In this document: positions 10,008-19,200 of the stretch, in pieces
Layout: each line of letters starts with the position of its first letter
Position numbering within the stretch: the first letter of the stretch is position 1
From: an uncultured Candidatus Saccharibacteria bacterium
GTDB lineage: Bacteria; Patescibacteriota; Saccharimonadia; Saccharimonadales; Saccharimonadaceae
DNA length: 64,000 bases
NCBI GenBank assembly: GCA_946409745.1
Contig: CAMJXP010000001.1
Span: forward strand, 20,498-84,497
Reading direction: 5' to 3'
Position numbers and translations under genes: made by a program
The notes under the pieces: generated by a model
Database searches by the model: none
The model's input: the letters and a program-made list of their open reading frames with translations, nothing else
What the model was told of the DNA's origin: nothing

Positions 10008-10853
10008 ATGAAGACAATGAAAAAGCTGGTAATCGCAATCCTCGTTCTCATAGTAATGGTGTTTCTGGTGGGATGTAGCGAGACGGTGGTGCCGGATGGC
10101 GCAACCGGCGTCGTGGTACACGACGGAATCGTATCGGATGAATACCTGCAGCCTGGGCGTCATACAACTGACGACAGTACGCACACTTCGATCGTGATTG
10201 TAGACAACAAGATTAAGACTGCCTCTTATAGCAATACCATTGAGGGACAGAGCAAAGACGACGTCATTATCAACGCCTCTGGCTATAGCTTTAGCTACCG
10301 GATTGGTGGCGGAGCGAAGTCGGTCTGGCTCGTGAAAAACATTTCGGACCGCGATAATATCGTTCCGCCGTCCATCGTGGAAAACGCTCTGAAAGACGCT
10401 CTTCTTGAGGTCGAAGCGAAGAACGTGACAAAGCGCGTCTTTGTCGAGCCGATCTTTAAAGAGATACTCCAGAAGAGAATCAATGAATATCTCGGATATC
10501 ACAACGGCGAAGATACGACGCTCATCACGGTAACTTCCGTCTCGATTGGTAACCTTTCGCCGGAAGCGGCATACGATCAGGAACTCTCGCGTGGAGCAAT
10601 CCTTACCAAGCGTGCCGAAAACGACAAACTGGAATACGAAACGAGCATCGCTAGTGCGGAAACACAGGCGGAACTCGCGAAGTATGAAGCCGAACGGCTG
10701 ACGGCCGGTTGGGAAGAACTCAGCGAAAAATTCACTCCCGAAGTGGCAGCCTATCTCATTATTGAAAAATGGGATGGACATTGTACTCCTGGTAGTCCGA
10801 TGGAACAGTTGATTGAGTACTACGTGAGCGAGGCGCTGAAAGACGAGCCTTAA
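10008..10853 (+). CDS. SPFH/prohibitin (band 7)-like lipoprotein
   Basis: Lipobox FLVG-C; VPDGATGVVV..G....LQPGRH SPFH start; C-terminal alanine/glutamate coiled coil and IEKWDG. Confidence 0.7.
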   Translation: MKTMKKLVIAILVLIVMVFLVGCSETVVPDGATGVVVHDGIVSDEYLQPGRHTTDDSTHTSIVIVDNKIKTASYSNTIEGQSKDDVIINASGYSFSYRIGGGAKSVWLVKNISDRDNIVPPSIVENALKDALLEVEAKNVTKRVFVEPIFKEILQKRINEYLGYHNGEDTTLITVTSVSIGNLSPEAAYDQELSRGAILTKRAENDKLEYETSIASAETQAELAKYEAERLTAGWEELSEKFTPEVAAYLIIEKWDGHCTPGSPMEQLIEYYVSEALKDEP

Positions 10854-10866
10854 GTGAGGTGGCACA

Positions 10867-11409
10867 ATGAAACAAGGCCAGAAAATCTTAATTATTATTC
10901 TGTTTATAATTCTGGCGGCGTTTTCGTGTTTCCGGTATTATTACTACGCGACACACGGAGAAGAGTTTTTTCCTTCGATGATTAAACATTTCTTAAGGCC
11001 ACCAGAAGAGAGCCCCGAAATAGTTGAGGTTGATTTATCGACTAGACTAACGGTGAATCCAGCCTATGACGGAACGAATAAGGAATTCATTGATGATAAT
11101 ATTCGAGACGAGGACGCCGTGGTGAGAATTCATCAGACGAAAACGTATCAGTATTATGATAATAGTGGTAACGCGATCGAGATTGTGGAGACACAGTCTT
11201 ATAACGCAGATTCCGAAACGCTTTTTTCCGGCTACAGACGGGGAAGCAAGAAAATGTCTGACACGAGTGTTACGAAACAGGAAATCGAGATTCTCTATTG
11301 TTATGAAGACGATGTGATTAATCGAGAGTATACGATCAGTTCGTTTAACGGGTCTGAACTCTTAGCGATAGACACTCGGTCTTCAACCAAAAATCGCACA
11401 AAATCCTAA
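10867..11409 (+). CDS. Hypothetical membrane-anchored protein
   Basis: GAGGTGG SD, N-terminal TM helix, followed by a terminator. Confidence 0.65.
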   Translation: MKQGQKILIIILFIILAAFSCFRYYYYATHGEEFFPSMIKHFLRPPEESPEIVEVDLSTRLTVNPAYDGTNKEFIDDNIRDEDAVVRIHQTKTYQYYDNSGNAIEIVETQSYNADSETLFSGYRRGSKKMSDTSVTKQEIEILYCYEDDVINREYTISSFNGSELLAIDTRSSTKNRTKS

Positions 11410-11429
11410 GCCCCTACGGGGGCTTTTTT
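11408..11429 (+). terminator. Intrinsic terminator
   Basis: AAGCCCC-TACG-GGGGCTT followed by a T run. Confidence 0.75.
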
Positions 11430-11500
11430 ATTGAAAAATTGTTAGATTGATAATCGGGGAGTTTTATCTTATAATTCTATACAAGTTGTAGAGGTAAAAA

Positions 11501-12041
11501 ATGAAAAACAGATTACGTTATTGGCTTAGGAAGGACCGGACTTGGTACTTGATGACTTTTGTGCTCCTCGCGGTACTTTGCTATTTATTTCCGTATACAG
11601 GCGACGACTGGTCGTGGGGCTCATCGGTGGGGATTGATCGGATTAATGCCGGATTCGTTGACTATGGTGGACGTTATTTTGGCTATATTATTGTACTAGT
11701 ACTAACGAGACTATGTGTGCTCAAGGCTCTCGTGATGGCGGGGACATTCTTTGGAATAGGTGGTATTTAATAATATTTTTGAAGGTAAAACAGAATCGCT
11801 TTGGCTAAGAATCGGGATGTTTCTGATGGGACTCGGCGGCAGCCTTATTATGGAGAATGTGATGCGTCTTAAGACGATTCGAAAAGAAGTGGAAGCGGGG
11901 AAGCAAGAAGTAATCCTGAAACGCTTGCCGTTTGATTCACTAATGTGGGTGTCGTCACCGACGTTTGATAAATTTACTGAGCGCTACAAAATGTTCTACG
12001 ACATCCCGATGGAAGTGGATGTGGTAAACGAACAAATTTAG
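11501..12041 (+). pseudogene. Internally deleted/frameshifted GT-C-like (DUF6056-like) membrane protein, two fragments
   Basis: Fragment 1 (11501-11770) has TM-PYTGDDW...GRYFG typical of the N-terminus. Fragment 2 (to 12041, different frame) resembles the C-terminus (LP...YKMFYDIP). Together they are far shorter than a multi-TM enzyme. Confidence 0.5.
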
Positions 12042-12655
12042 GAATTAGTTAGAGAAATCTCTTCGCCTTTTTCGACGACGAGTTTATTCTCCGCAGTGAA
12101 GCGGGCGACGATGTCGTGATTTAATGCGTCGCTTCTTGGGTCGGTGTGGTATGGGATGCTGTGCTTGGCGTGAACTTTTTCGGCCGCTTCGGTCGCGAGT
12201 TCTGGTGTCATAGTGTAGGTGCCGTCCATTGGGAAGAAGGCGTAGTCTAAGTTACGCGATGCGAAAGAATCCATCCCAGGAGTAATGGTGGTGTCGCCTG
12301 GAATGTAGATGGTGATGCCACTTTTTAGCGTTAAAATATAGCCAACGCATTTGGTTTCGTCGTGGAATTGGTTATAGCCGGCGGAGACGGCCTCGACTTT
12401 GACGTAATCAAAATCGAAGGTTTTATACTCGCCATTTACGAGGGCTTCTTTTTCGGTGATAATGGTTGCGTGGTCGCGGTGCTGAACTTTAGAAATCTCA
12501 TTATGGTCGAAATGGTCGTGAGTGACGAGGATTAAATCGGCTGGGAGTTCGTAGTCACTGTCGTTTCCGGCGTAAGGATCAATATAAATATTTTTGCCAT
12601 CACTCGTGGTAAGGCGTAGGCTGGCATGGCCTATATATAATAATTTATCTTCCAT
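12038..12655 (-). CDS. MBL-fold metallo-hydrolase (UlaG/lactamase_B_3-like)
   Basis: GHAS, IDPY, THDHFDH, GDT, IPYH motifs; leaderless-type start. Confidence 0.85.
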   Translation of the reverse strand: MEDKLLYIGHASLRLTTSDGKNIYIDPYAGNDSDYELPADLILVTHDHFDHNEISKVQHRDHATIITEKEALVNGEYKTFDFDYVKVEAVSAGYNQFHDETKCVGYILTLKSGITIYIPGDTTITPGMDSFASRNLDYAFFPMDGTYTMTPELATEAAEKVHAKHSIPYHTDPRSDALNHDIVARFTAENKLVVEKGEEISLTNS

Positions 12656-12740
12656 ATAGATAATTATATTATAAAACACTTGACTTTTTTAAACATAAGT
12701 GCAATTATAGAGATAAATAAAGGTCATACAGTTTTAAAAA

Positions 12741-15700
12741 ATGAAGATAAAAACAAAAAATCGGGAGATTTTTCTGAAAGCCGTGAATGGGCTAGCTTTT
12801 GTCGCAATCGCAGCATTGGCTATTTTCGGCTTAGTTAGAGGCATGAATGAAACGCCGCTAGCCGTGGCGGATTCGCCAATGATGGAAGGTGCAACGCCTT
12901 CGGGTGGTATGGGCTATGGTACACTCAACACCCATATTTACCGCGTGAGCGATGGTTCTTCCGGTGCGCCATGTTGGAATGGTGGTGGTTGTTACACTTC
13001 GCATGCCATGTGCTTACAGCCGGGTAAGGCTTCACATGTGGGTGACTATGGCTATGTTGGTATGGAATCGAATGAAACTATCGTAAAAATTATGTTAGTG
13101 ACCGATGCAGCCGTGAACCCGACAATCTACAATGCCTTTAAATCAACTGGCATGGATCTCGAAAGTCTCGGTTCAACGATTACTAGTACAGGTGCTGTGG
13201 AATTTTCGCGTGGCATTTACTATTCGGCGGGACAAGCTAGAGCGTTCGTGGTGGGACACGTGCTCGCGGGTGCAGTTTATTCTGGGACGGTTGGCAATTA
13301 TGCTGGGCTTTCGGGTTCGGCGGCGAGTAGTATGACGCAGGCTTACAATACCATCATGAGCTGGTTTAATACGAATTATTCGGATGCACCACCACAATAC
13401 ACGTTTTATACTTTCTATCCGAATGATTCTAGCCACCAGACGCTCGGTTGGATTGAAGGTAGTTACACGCCGACTCCGGTAGTGCAAAAGGGTTACATCC
13501 AAATGCTGAAGTATGACTCAGCAACTGGGTATAATGCGGCGCTCGGTGGTACTGGTGTGCTTGGCGGTGCGACCTTTAGGGTTTACAACCAGAGTAATAG
13601 TAGCGTAACACTAGCCACACGAACGACTGCTTCGAATGGCTATACTCCATCATTTGAAGCGGAAGCTGGGCAAAGAATTTGTTTCGTGGAAACTAGTCCA
13701 CCGAGCGGGTATACGCTCGATGCGACACCGCACTGTGCGGTCATCCAGGCGAACGCGACGACTTATGTAGATATGGCGAATACGAAGGCGACTGGCAATA
13801 TTCGGCTTTATAAATATGATTCGGCGACCAATGCGCCGCTTGCTAATGCGACTTTTAGAGTTTATGAACAGGGAAATAGTGGTGTAACGCTTGCAACTAA
13901 GACAACTGGGTCGGATGGTTATACGTCGACGCTCTCGGGTGATGCTGGCAAAGTGATTTGTTTCGTGGAAACGACGCCGCCAACTGGATATGTGCAAGAT
14001 ACGACGCCAGTGTGCGGTACGATTCCGACGGGTTCAACGGCTACGGTAAACAAGTCTAATACCAAGCAAGTGTTAAATGGTGGCGTGACGGTAAAGAAGG
14101 TGGATGTCGAGACCAATTCGACATCAGCTCGTGGTTCGGCGTCGGTGCAAGGCACGACCTTTACGGTTTATAAGTCGGACTCGAACGGCTCAGTGGGTGC
14201 TTCCACTGGCGTGACTCTCACGACGAACGCGTATGGTCTCGCTTCGACTAGTTCTTCGGCACTTTCGATTGATCCGGTGGCGGGTGGAAGCTGGTATTGT
14301 GTGAAGGAAACTGGTGCTAGTACCGGGTATAATTTAACGGATACGAGTTGCAAGAAGTTTTATCTAACCACGAATGGGCAGATGTTTGATCTCACTTCGA
14401 TGCCATTTTCAAACTCGATTATTAAGGGTAGTCTCACGATTACGAAGTATCGTAAGATTTATGATGGGACGACAAATAGTTGGACGAATGTGCCGTTTGC
14501 GGGAATTACCTTTACACTGACGAATACGGCGGACGCGGGGATTAACTATACGACTGGCGAAACCAATGCTGATGGCGTGGTGACATTAAACAATATTATT
14601 TATGGTACTTACACAGTGGTTGAGAACGAGTCGTCGAAGAATGCGGCCTATAAAAAGGAGAGCTTTAATGTCACGATTTCGTCGCAAGGACAGACAATTT
14701 CGAAGACAGTGGTAAACGAACTACCGGATAACCCACAGATTGATACGGTAGCAAGAAATACGAATAGTAATCCGGATGACAAGGAAAATGTCTCGCCGGA
14801 AGATAAGGAAATTGAGATTGGCGAGAACGCTGGCGTGACGGATTACACGATGTATGGTGGTCTTGAAGCGGGTGCAAGTTACCGCGTGGAAGGTGAACTT
14901 TGGAAGATTACGCCACCGCAAGAGAGGATTACGACGAAGTCACAGAGCTTCACGGCCTCGAGTGGCGGAACGGGCAGCTTTGATCTCAACTTTAACACAA
15001 TCGATACGACGGAATATATTGGTGAAACACTTGGTATTATTCAAAAACTTTACAAGCGAAATGGCGATGAGTGGCTCTTAACAACAGTACACAATGCGGA
15101 TTTCTCGGATACGAAACAAATTGTGCGCGTGGTGGATCTCGGACTTTCGACGAATGCATCGGATGATGCGGATGGTGATAAAACTATTGAACCGACTAGA
15201 GCGCAGGTGATTCGTGATGAAGTGACTTACCAGAATTTGGTAGTGGGACGTGATTACATCTTGGTAGCAAGATTAATTGATAAGGCTGAAACGAAGTCAA
15301 CTGGTACGACCAAGGTGCTGGAAATTAATGGCGTAGAAGTACCGGCGAAGATTACGAAGATTACGATGCCGGATGCGGTCGAGAGCTCATCGACAGTGAG
15401 ATTTAATATTGATGCGACGACGATTCCGGGTAAGGAAGTGGTCGTGTATGAGCGCGTTTATGAATATGTGGATGGCGTGACGTCGTCGAACTGGGAAGAC
15501 CAGCTGACGGATCTCGTAATTGATCACGAAAACATTAATGATACGAATCAGACTGTAAAAGTGCGTCCGCGCGTTGGCACAGAAGCGGTGGATAAACTCG
15601 ATAGCGACCATACGATTGGCGTGGGTATGGCGACGATTGTGGATACCGTAAGTCTAGAAGGTCTCACGAAAGAGAAATATAAAGTCGTGGGCTATGTGGT

Positions 15701-16580
15701 AGAAAGAAAGGGCGAGAATGGCTCCGAGACGGAAGATACACCAATTGAAGCAATTGTGGAAACTGGTGACCGTGCTCAGGTGATTGGCGAAACGACGATT
15801 GACCTTAGGAGTGCGAGTGTGATTCCGACTGAAACGCAGGTTGAGTTTAAGTTTGATACGCGTGAATTTAAGGGTAAGTCACTAGTGATTTATGAAGAGT
15901 TGTACCGCGTGGAGAATAATAATTCGGAGACTTTGATTGCTTGGCATAAGGATGCAAATGATGCGAAACAGATGATTGATGTGGCGACACCGAAGATTCA
16001 CACGACGGCGACTGATAAAACCGACGGCGACAAGGAACTCAAGAAAGACATTGAAGCGACGGTAATTGATAAGATTGAATATGAAGGTTTGGTGGTTGGC
16101 GATACTTATACTTTGGTAGGCGAGCTACGCGACAAAGACACTGGTGAGGTAATTGAATTATTAGATGAGAAAACCAAGGTGATTCATGTATTTGTAGCAG
16201 AAGATGATCATGGCTTTGAGGAGATGGAATTTAGCTTTAAGACCGACGGAATGACGGGCAAGGAAATCGTGGTGTTTGAAGAACTTTACTTTGGTGAATG
16301 GGTCGAAGAAGAAATCGATGAAGAAACTGGTGATGTGATTACGCCAGCGCAGGAACTCACGGAAGATGAATTAATTGCTGAACACAAAGATCTAAATAAT
16401 GTGAAACAGACGGTTGGGGTAGAAATTAAGATTCCGGATACAGGTGCATTTACGCGTGGTGATGATATGGGTGTTCCGCAAATCATTGTAACGGCTTCGC
16501 TTGTGGTAGCAGTGGCAAGTGTCAGTACATATTATGGCCTTCGAATTCATAGGCGTCGTACATTTGGTTGGCACGCATAG
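12741..16580 (+). CDS. Surface adhesin: thioester domain + SpaA/CnaB isopeptide repeats + VaFE/T-Q ester-bond repeats, C-terminal IPDTG-TM-basic tail
   Basis: MCLQPG...HQTLGW; four K..D...ATF...E...GY...N repeats; four repeats ending HxDxxDxxQ-like, with VVYE/VVFE in three; IPDTG at 16431-16445, then TM and RRR. Confidence 0.8.
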   Translation: MKIKTKNREIFLKAVNGLAFVAIAALAIFGLVRGMNETPLAVADSPMMEGATPSGGMGYGTLNTHIYRVSDGSSGAPCWNGGGCYTSHAMCLQPGKASHVGDYGYVGMESNETIVKIMLVTDAAVNPTIYNAFKSTGMDLESLGSTITSTGAVEFSRGIYYSAGQARAFVVGHVLAGAVYSGTVGNYAGLSGSAASSMTQAYNTIMSWFNTNYSDAPPQYTFYTFYPNDSSHQTLGWIEGSYTPTPVVQKGYIQMLKYDSATGYNAALGGTGVLGGATFRVYNQSNSSVTLATRTTASNGYTPSFEAEAGQRICFVETSPPSGYTLDATPHCAVIQANATTYVDMANTKATGNIRLYKYDSATNAPLANATFRVYEQGNSGVTLATKTTGSDGYTSTLSGDAGKVICFVETTPPTGYVQDTTPVCGTIPTGSTATVNKSNTKQVLNGGVTVKKVDVETNSTSARGSASVQGTTFTVYKSDSNGSVGASTGVTLTTNAYGLASTSSSALSIDPVAGGSWYCVKETGASTGYNLTDTSCKKFYLTTNGQMFDLTSMPFSNSIIKGSLTITKYRKIYDGTTNSWTNVPFAGITFTLTNTADAGINYTTGETNADGVVTLNNIIYGTYTVVENESSKNAAYKKESFNVTISSQGQTISKTVVNELPDNPQIDTVARNTNSNPDDKENVSPEDKEIEIGENAGVTDYTMYGGLEAGASYRVEGELWKITPPQERITTKSQSFTASSGGTGSFDLNFNTIDTTEYIGETLGIIQKLYKRNGDEWLLTTVHNADFSDTKQIVRVVDLGLSTNASDDADGDKTIEPTRAQVIRDEVTYQNLVVGRDYILVARLIDKAETKSTGTTKVLEINGVEVPAKITKITMPDAVESSSTVRFNIDATTIPGKEVVVYERVYEYVDGVTSSNWEDQLTDLVIDHENINDTNQTVKVRPRVGTEAVDKLDSDHTIGVGMATIVDTVSLEGLTKEKYKVVGYVVERKGENGSETEDTPIEAIVETGDRAQVIGETTIDLRSASVIPTETQVEFKFDTREFKGKSLVIYEELYRVENNNSETLIAWHKDANDAKQMIDVATPKIHTTATDKTDGDKELKKDIEATVIDKIEYEGLVVGDTYTLVGELRDKDTGEVIELLDEKTKVIHVFVAEDDHGFEEMEFSFKTDGMTGKEIVVFEELYFGEWVEEEIDEETGDVITPAQELTEDELIAEHKDLNNVKQTVGVEIKIPDTGAFTRGDDMGVPQIIVTASLVVAVASVSTYYGLRIHRRRTFGWHA

Positions 16581-16622
16581 AATTTTCTTGTGATATAATT
16601 ATTGGTAATAAAAAGGAGTTAT

Positions 16623-17330
16623 ATGAAACAGGCAAGGCCTATTGTTTGGGGAATTGCAATTGTGGCGCTGGGTGTGATTTTCGGCGGCAATGCAATTGGA
16701 CTATTTAATTTTGATGTGTTCTTCGACGGATGGTGGACACTATTCATCATTGTGCCGAGTGCAATCAGCTTAATTACGGAAAAAGAAAGATTACAGAGTC
16801 TAGCATTTCTTGGTGCAGGGATTATTATGCTACTTGCAGCACAGCATGTGTTTGAATGGGAAGTGGCTTGGAAAGCAATCCTCGCGCTATTCTTGATTTT
16901 GATTGGTCTTTCAATTATTTTCCGCAGCATTTTTCACAGCAAGAATGATAAAGAAGTCGAAAAAAAGGTGAAGGATGCTGATGATAAAACCATGGATGCG
17001 CAGACAGCCGTGTTCTCCGGAAGCGAGAGAGTTTACAATGACGAAGTATTCTCTGGTTCGAATATGGTAGCAATTTTTGGCGGGGCCGAGCTCGATCTTC
17101 GCAAAGCAAAATTCACCAAGGATACTGTGATTAAAGCCTTTGCTCTATTTGGTGGAGTGGATATTAAAGTGCCGGAAGACGTGAACATTAAGTCGAAATC
17201 CGGATTTATCTTTGGTGGAATTTCGGATGATAGAAAAGGAGAATCAAAGGGTAAATATACCATTTATTTAGACGCCGCTGGTGGATTTGGTGGCATAACG
17301 ATTAGTGACAAATCAAAACAAAAGAAATAG
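16623..17330 (+). CDS. LiaF/DUF2154-like membrane protein
   Basis: Four N-terminal TMs; AIFGGAELDLR, ALFGGVDIKVP, FIFGG repeats; AGGAG SD before ATG 16623. Confidence 0.75.
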   Translation: MKQARPIVWGIAIVALGVIFGGNAIGLFNFDVFFDGWWTLFIIVPSAISLITEKERLQSLAFLGAGIIMLLAAQHVFEWEVAWKAILALFLILIGLSIIFRSIFHSKNDKEVEKKVKDADDKTMDAQTAVFSGSERVYNDEVFSGSNMVAIFGGAELDLRKAKFTKDTVIKAFALFGGVDIKVPEDVNIKSKSGFIFGGISDDRKGESKGKYTIYLDAAGGFGGITISDKSKQKK

Positions 17331-17345
17331 TAAGGAAAGGAGTTT

Positions 17346-18317
17346 ATGGATAACAAAGAAATATATAAGAAAACTTTGACGTTTTCACTAAGACGATTCC
17401 TATGGGATCTTGGATCCGTCATTGTAATCGTGCTATTATCGGCAGTTGGGTTCTTGATTGCTGATAAAGTATCAGGTAATGGATTAATCGGTGTGCTAAT
17501 CGGCGCTGTGGTTGCAATTGTGATTGTGGCGATTGTTTCACACTTTGTTTCATACATTTTTAAAGCTGGCCAAATTGCAATGATGACTGAAGGAATCGTG
17601 AAGGGCAAACTCCCAGATGATGTTTATGGTGCAGGTAAAAAAGTGGTGAAGGAACGTTTTTTGACAGTCGCGGCTTACTATTTAGTGACGAATGCGATTA
17701 AAGGCATCTTCAATCAGATTGGTCGTGCCATTACGGCTGCTGGCAATGCGATTGGTGGTGATAGTGGTAGCACGGTCGGAAGTGTAATTTCTAGCGTGAT
17801 TCAAACAATCGTAAATTATCTTTGTGATTGTTGTCTTGGTTGGGTATTCTACAAGAAGGATGAAAAGGCAACAAAGGCGACACTTGAAGGTGCAGTATTA
17901 TTCTTTAAGCGTGGCAAGACTTTGCTTAAGAACCTTGGCCGTGTGTTTGGGATCAGCTTGATTTCATTCGTCGTGATTGGTGGTGCATTCTTTGGTATTA
18001 CCTACTTAATCTGCATGGCCTTCCCAGATGCATTTAAGGCACTTGCCGGCGAAGTAGCCGAATTGATTGCTAAGGGTGAACTCGATGCTTCGAGTTGGTT
18101 CGCTGAGGCCGGTAACTTGATGATCTGTGCTGGTGCACTTGGTGGCATCATCATGTGGAGCATTCTCCACTCAGTCTTTGTCCGCCCATTCATCTTGGTC
18201 GGCGTACTTCGCAACTTTATCGAATCCGGTAAAGAAGAGAAGATTACCGAAAAAGATCTTGACGAACTTGACGGTAAATCCAAGAAGTTTAAGAAACTTC
18301 ACGAAGCTGAAGCTTAA
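17346..18317 (+). CDS. Hypothetical multi-pass membrane protein
   Basis: AGGAG SD; long ORF with several hydrophobic segments. Confidence 0.75.
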   Translation: MDNKEIYKKTLTFSLRRFLWDLGSVIVIVLLSAVGFLIADKVSGNGLIGVLIGAVVAIVIVAIVSHFVSYIFKAGQIAMMTEGIVKGKLPDDVYGAGKKVVKERFLTVAAYYLVTNAIKGIFNQIGRAITAAGNAIGGDSGSTVGSVISSVIQTIVNYLCDCCLGWVFYKKDEKATKATLEGAVLFFKRGKTLLKNLGRVFGISLISFVVIGGAFFGITYLICMAFPDAFKALAGEVAELIAKGELDASSWFAEAGNLMICAGALGGIIMWSILHSVFVRPFILVGVLRNFIESGKEEKITEKDLDELDGKSKKFKKLHEAEA

Positions 18318-18322
18318 AAAAG

Positions 18323-18347
18323 AAACCCCGCGAAGAGCGGGGTTTTT
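18323..18347. terminator. Bidirectional intrinsic terminator
   Basis: AAACCCCGC-GAAGA-GCGGGGTTT between convergent genes. Confidence 0.75.
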
Positions 18348-18350
18348 GGT

Positions 18351-19073
18351 TCATTGGCCGTAGACGTATTCTTCGAGGCAGAGACCGTGGTCCATGATTT
18401 CATGGGCGGTCTGAGAAGTGCCAACGAAACGAATTTCGTAAGGTTCACACGGGACGCCGGTAACTTTTTCTTTGCCGGCCGGATAGCGGTCGATAAAGCC
18501 ATAATCGGCAAGATTCTCGTGTAAGGTTTTGAAGAATGGAATCGTTTGTTGACGTTCTGCAGTTTCAGTGTACCAGATTTCGTTGCCGTTCTCATCGGGA
18601 TAAAGGATGACGACATTAATCAGAAGGCCGGTGTGGTGTTCGGAATAACCAGGTTTTACAACTTTGTTGGTTTCGCTCCAGCCGGGCAGATTCGAATAAT
18701 AATCGTACACCCACTGTTGGTCCTCTTTGGTGCGATAAGCACTGTAGAGGCCGATGGTCATGCCTTTTTCCTTTAAGGCGACTTGGAGTTGGCTAAAAGC
18801 AAGGAAGGCAGCTTTTTCAATCGGTGTGGCGTTGCCGTAGATGTCGGCGGCGTAGACAAGGTCTTTTTGTAAGAAGATGTCGTAGGCGCTGGTGAAATCG
18901 TACGGGTGGTCGTCATTCACGATGAGCAGGTAGTTGAGATTCGGATCGATTGCCTTGGCCCACGGATCGGGGTTTGGTGCAGCCGCAAATGCGGTGACAC
19001 AAGTGGCACTGAATAGAGTGACGAATACAACGAGCCAGAGAATTAATTTTACTATACTGTTTTTAATTTTCAT
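18351..19073 (-). CDS. VanY-like M15B D,D-carboxypeptidase with altered metal ligands
   Basis: Signal peptide; SAYR..Q; PGYSEHHTGLLIN; YGFIDRYP; EPYEIRFVG. Confidence 0.8.
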   Translation of the reverse strand: MKIKNSIVKLILWLVVFVTLFSATCVTAFAAAPNPDPWAKAIDPNLNYLLIVNDDHPYDFTSAYDIFLQKDLVYAADIYGNATPIEKAAFLAFSQLQVALKEKGMTIGLYSAYRTKEDQQWVYDYYSNLPGWSETNKVVKPGYSEHHTGLLINVVILYPDENGNEIWYTETAERQQTIPFFKTLHENLADYGFIDRYPAGKEKVTGVPCEPYEIRFVGTSQTAHEIMDHGLCLEEYVYGQ

Positions 19074-19200
19074 AGAAACACCCCCTAATTAAGATAAACA
19101 GTATCTGCATAATTTTAACATTTTTTATAGTAAAAGTCAAGTGATGTTCGAATGTAAAAGCAGTATGGTATAATAAAAATACTAATAAGGAGAAAATAAA

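Noticed and set aside
9987-10865. 292-aa minus-strand ORF
   Set aside because: Antisense shadow of the SPFH lipoprotein gene; no motifs.
19140-19200. glmS ribozyme upstream of glmS
   Set aside because: The leader is only ~25 nt of AT-rich sequence after the -10 box; no ribozyme core.
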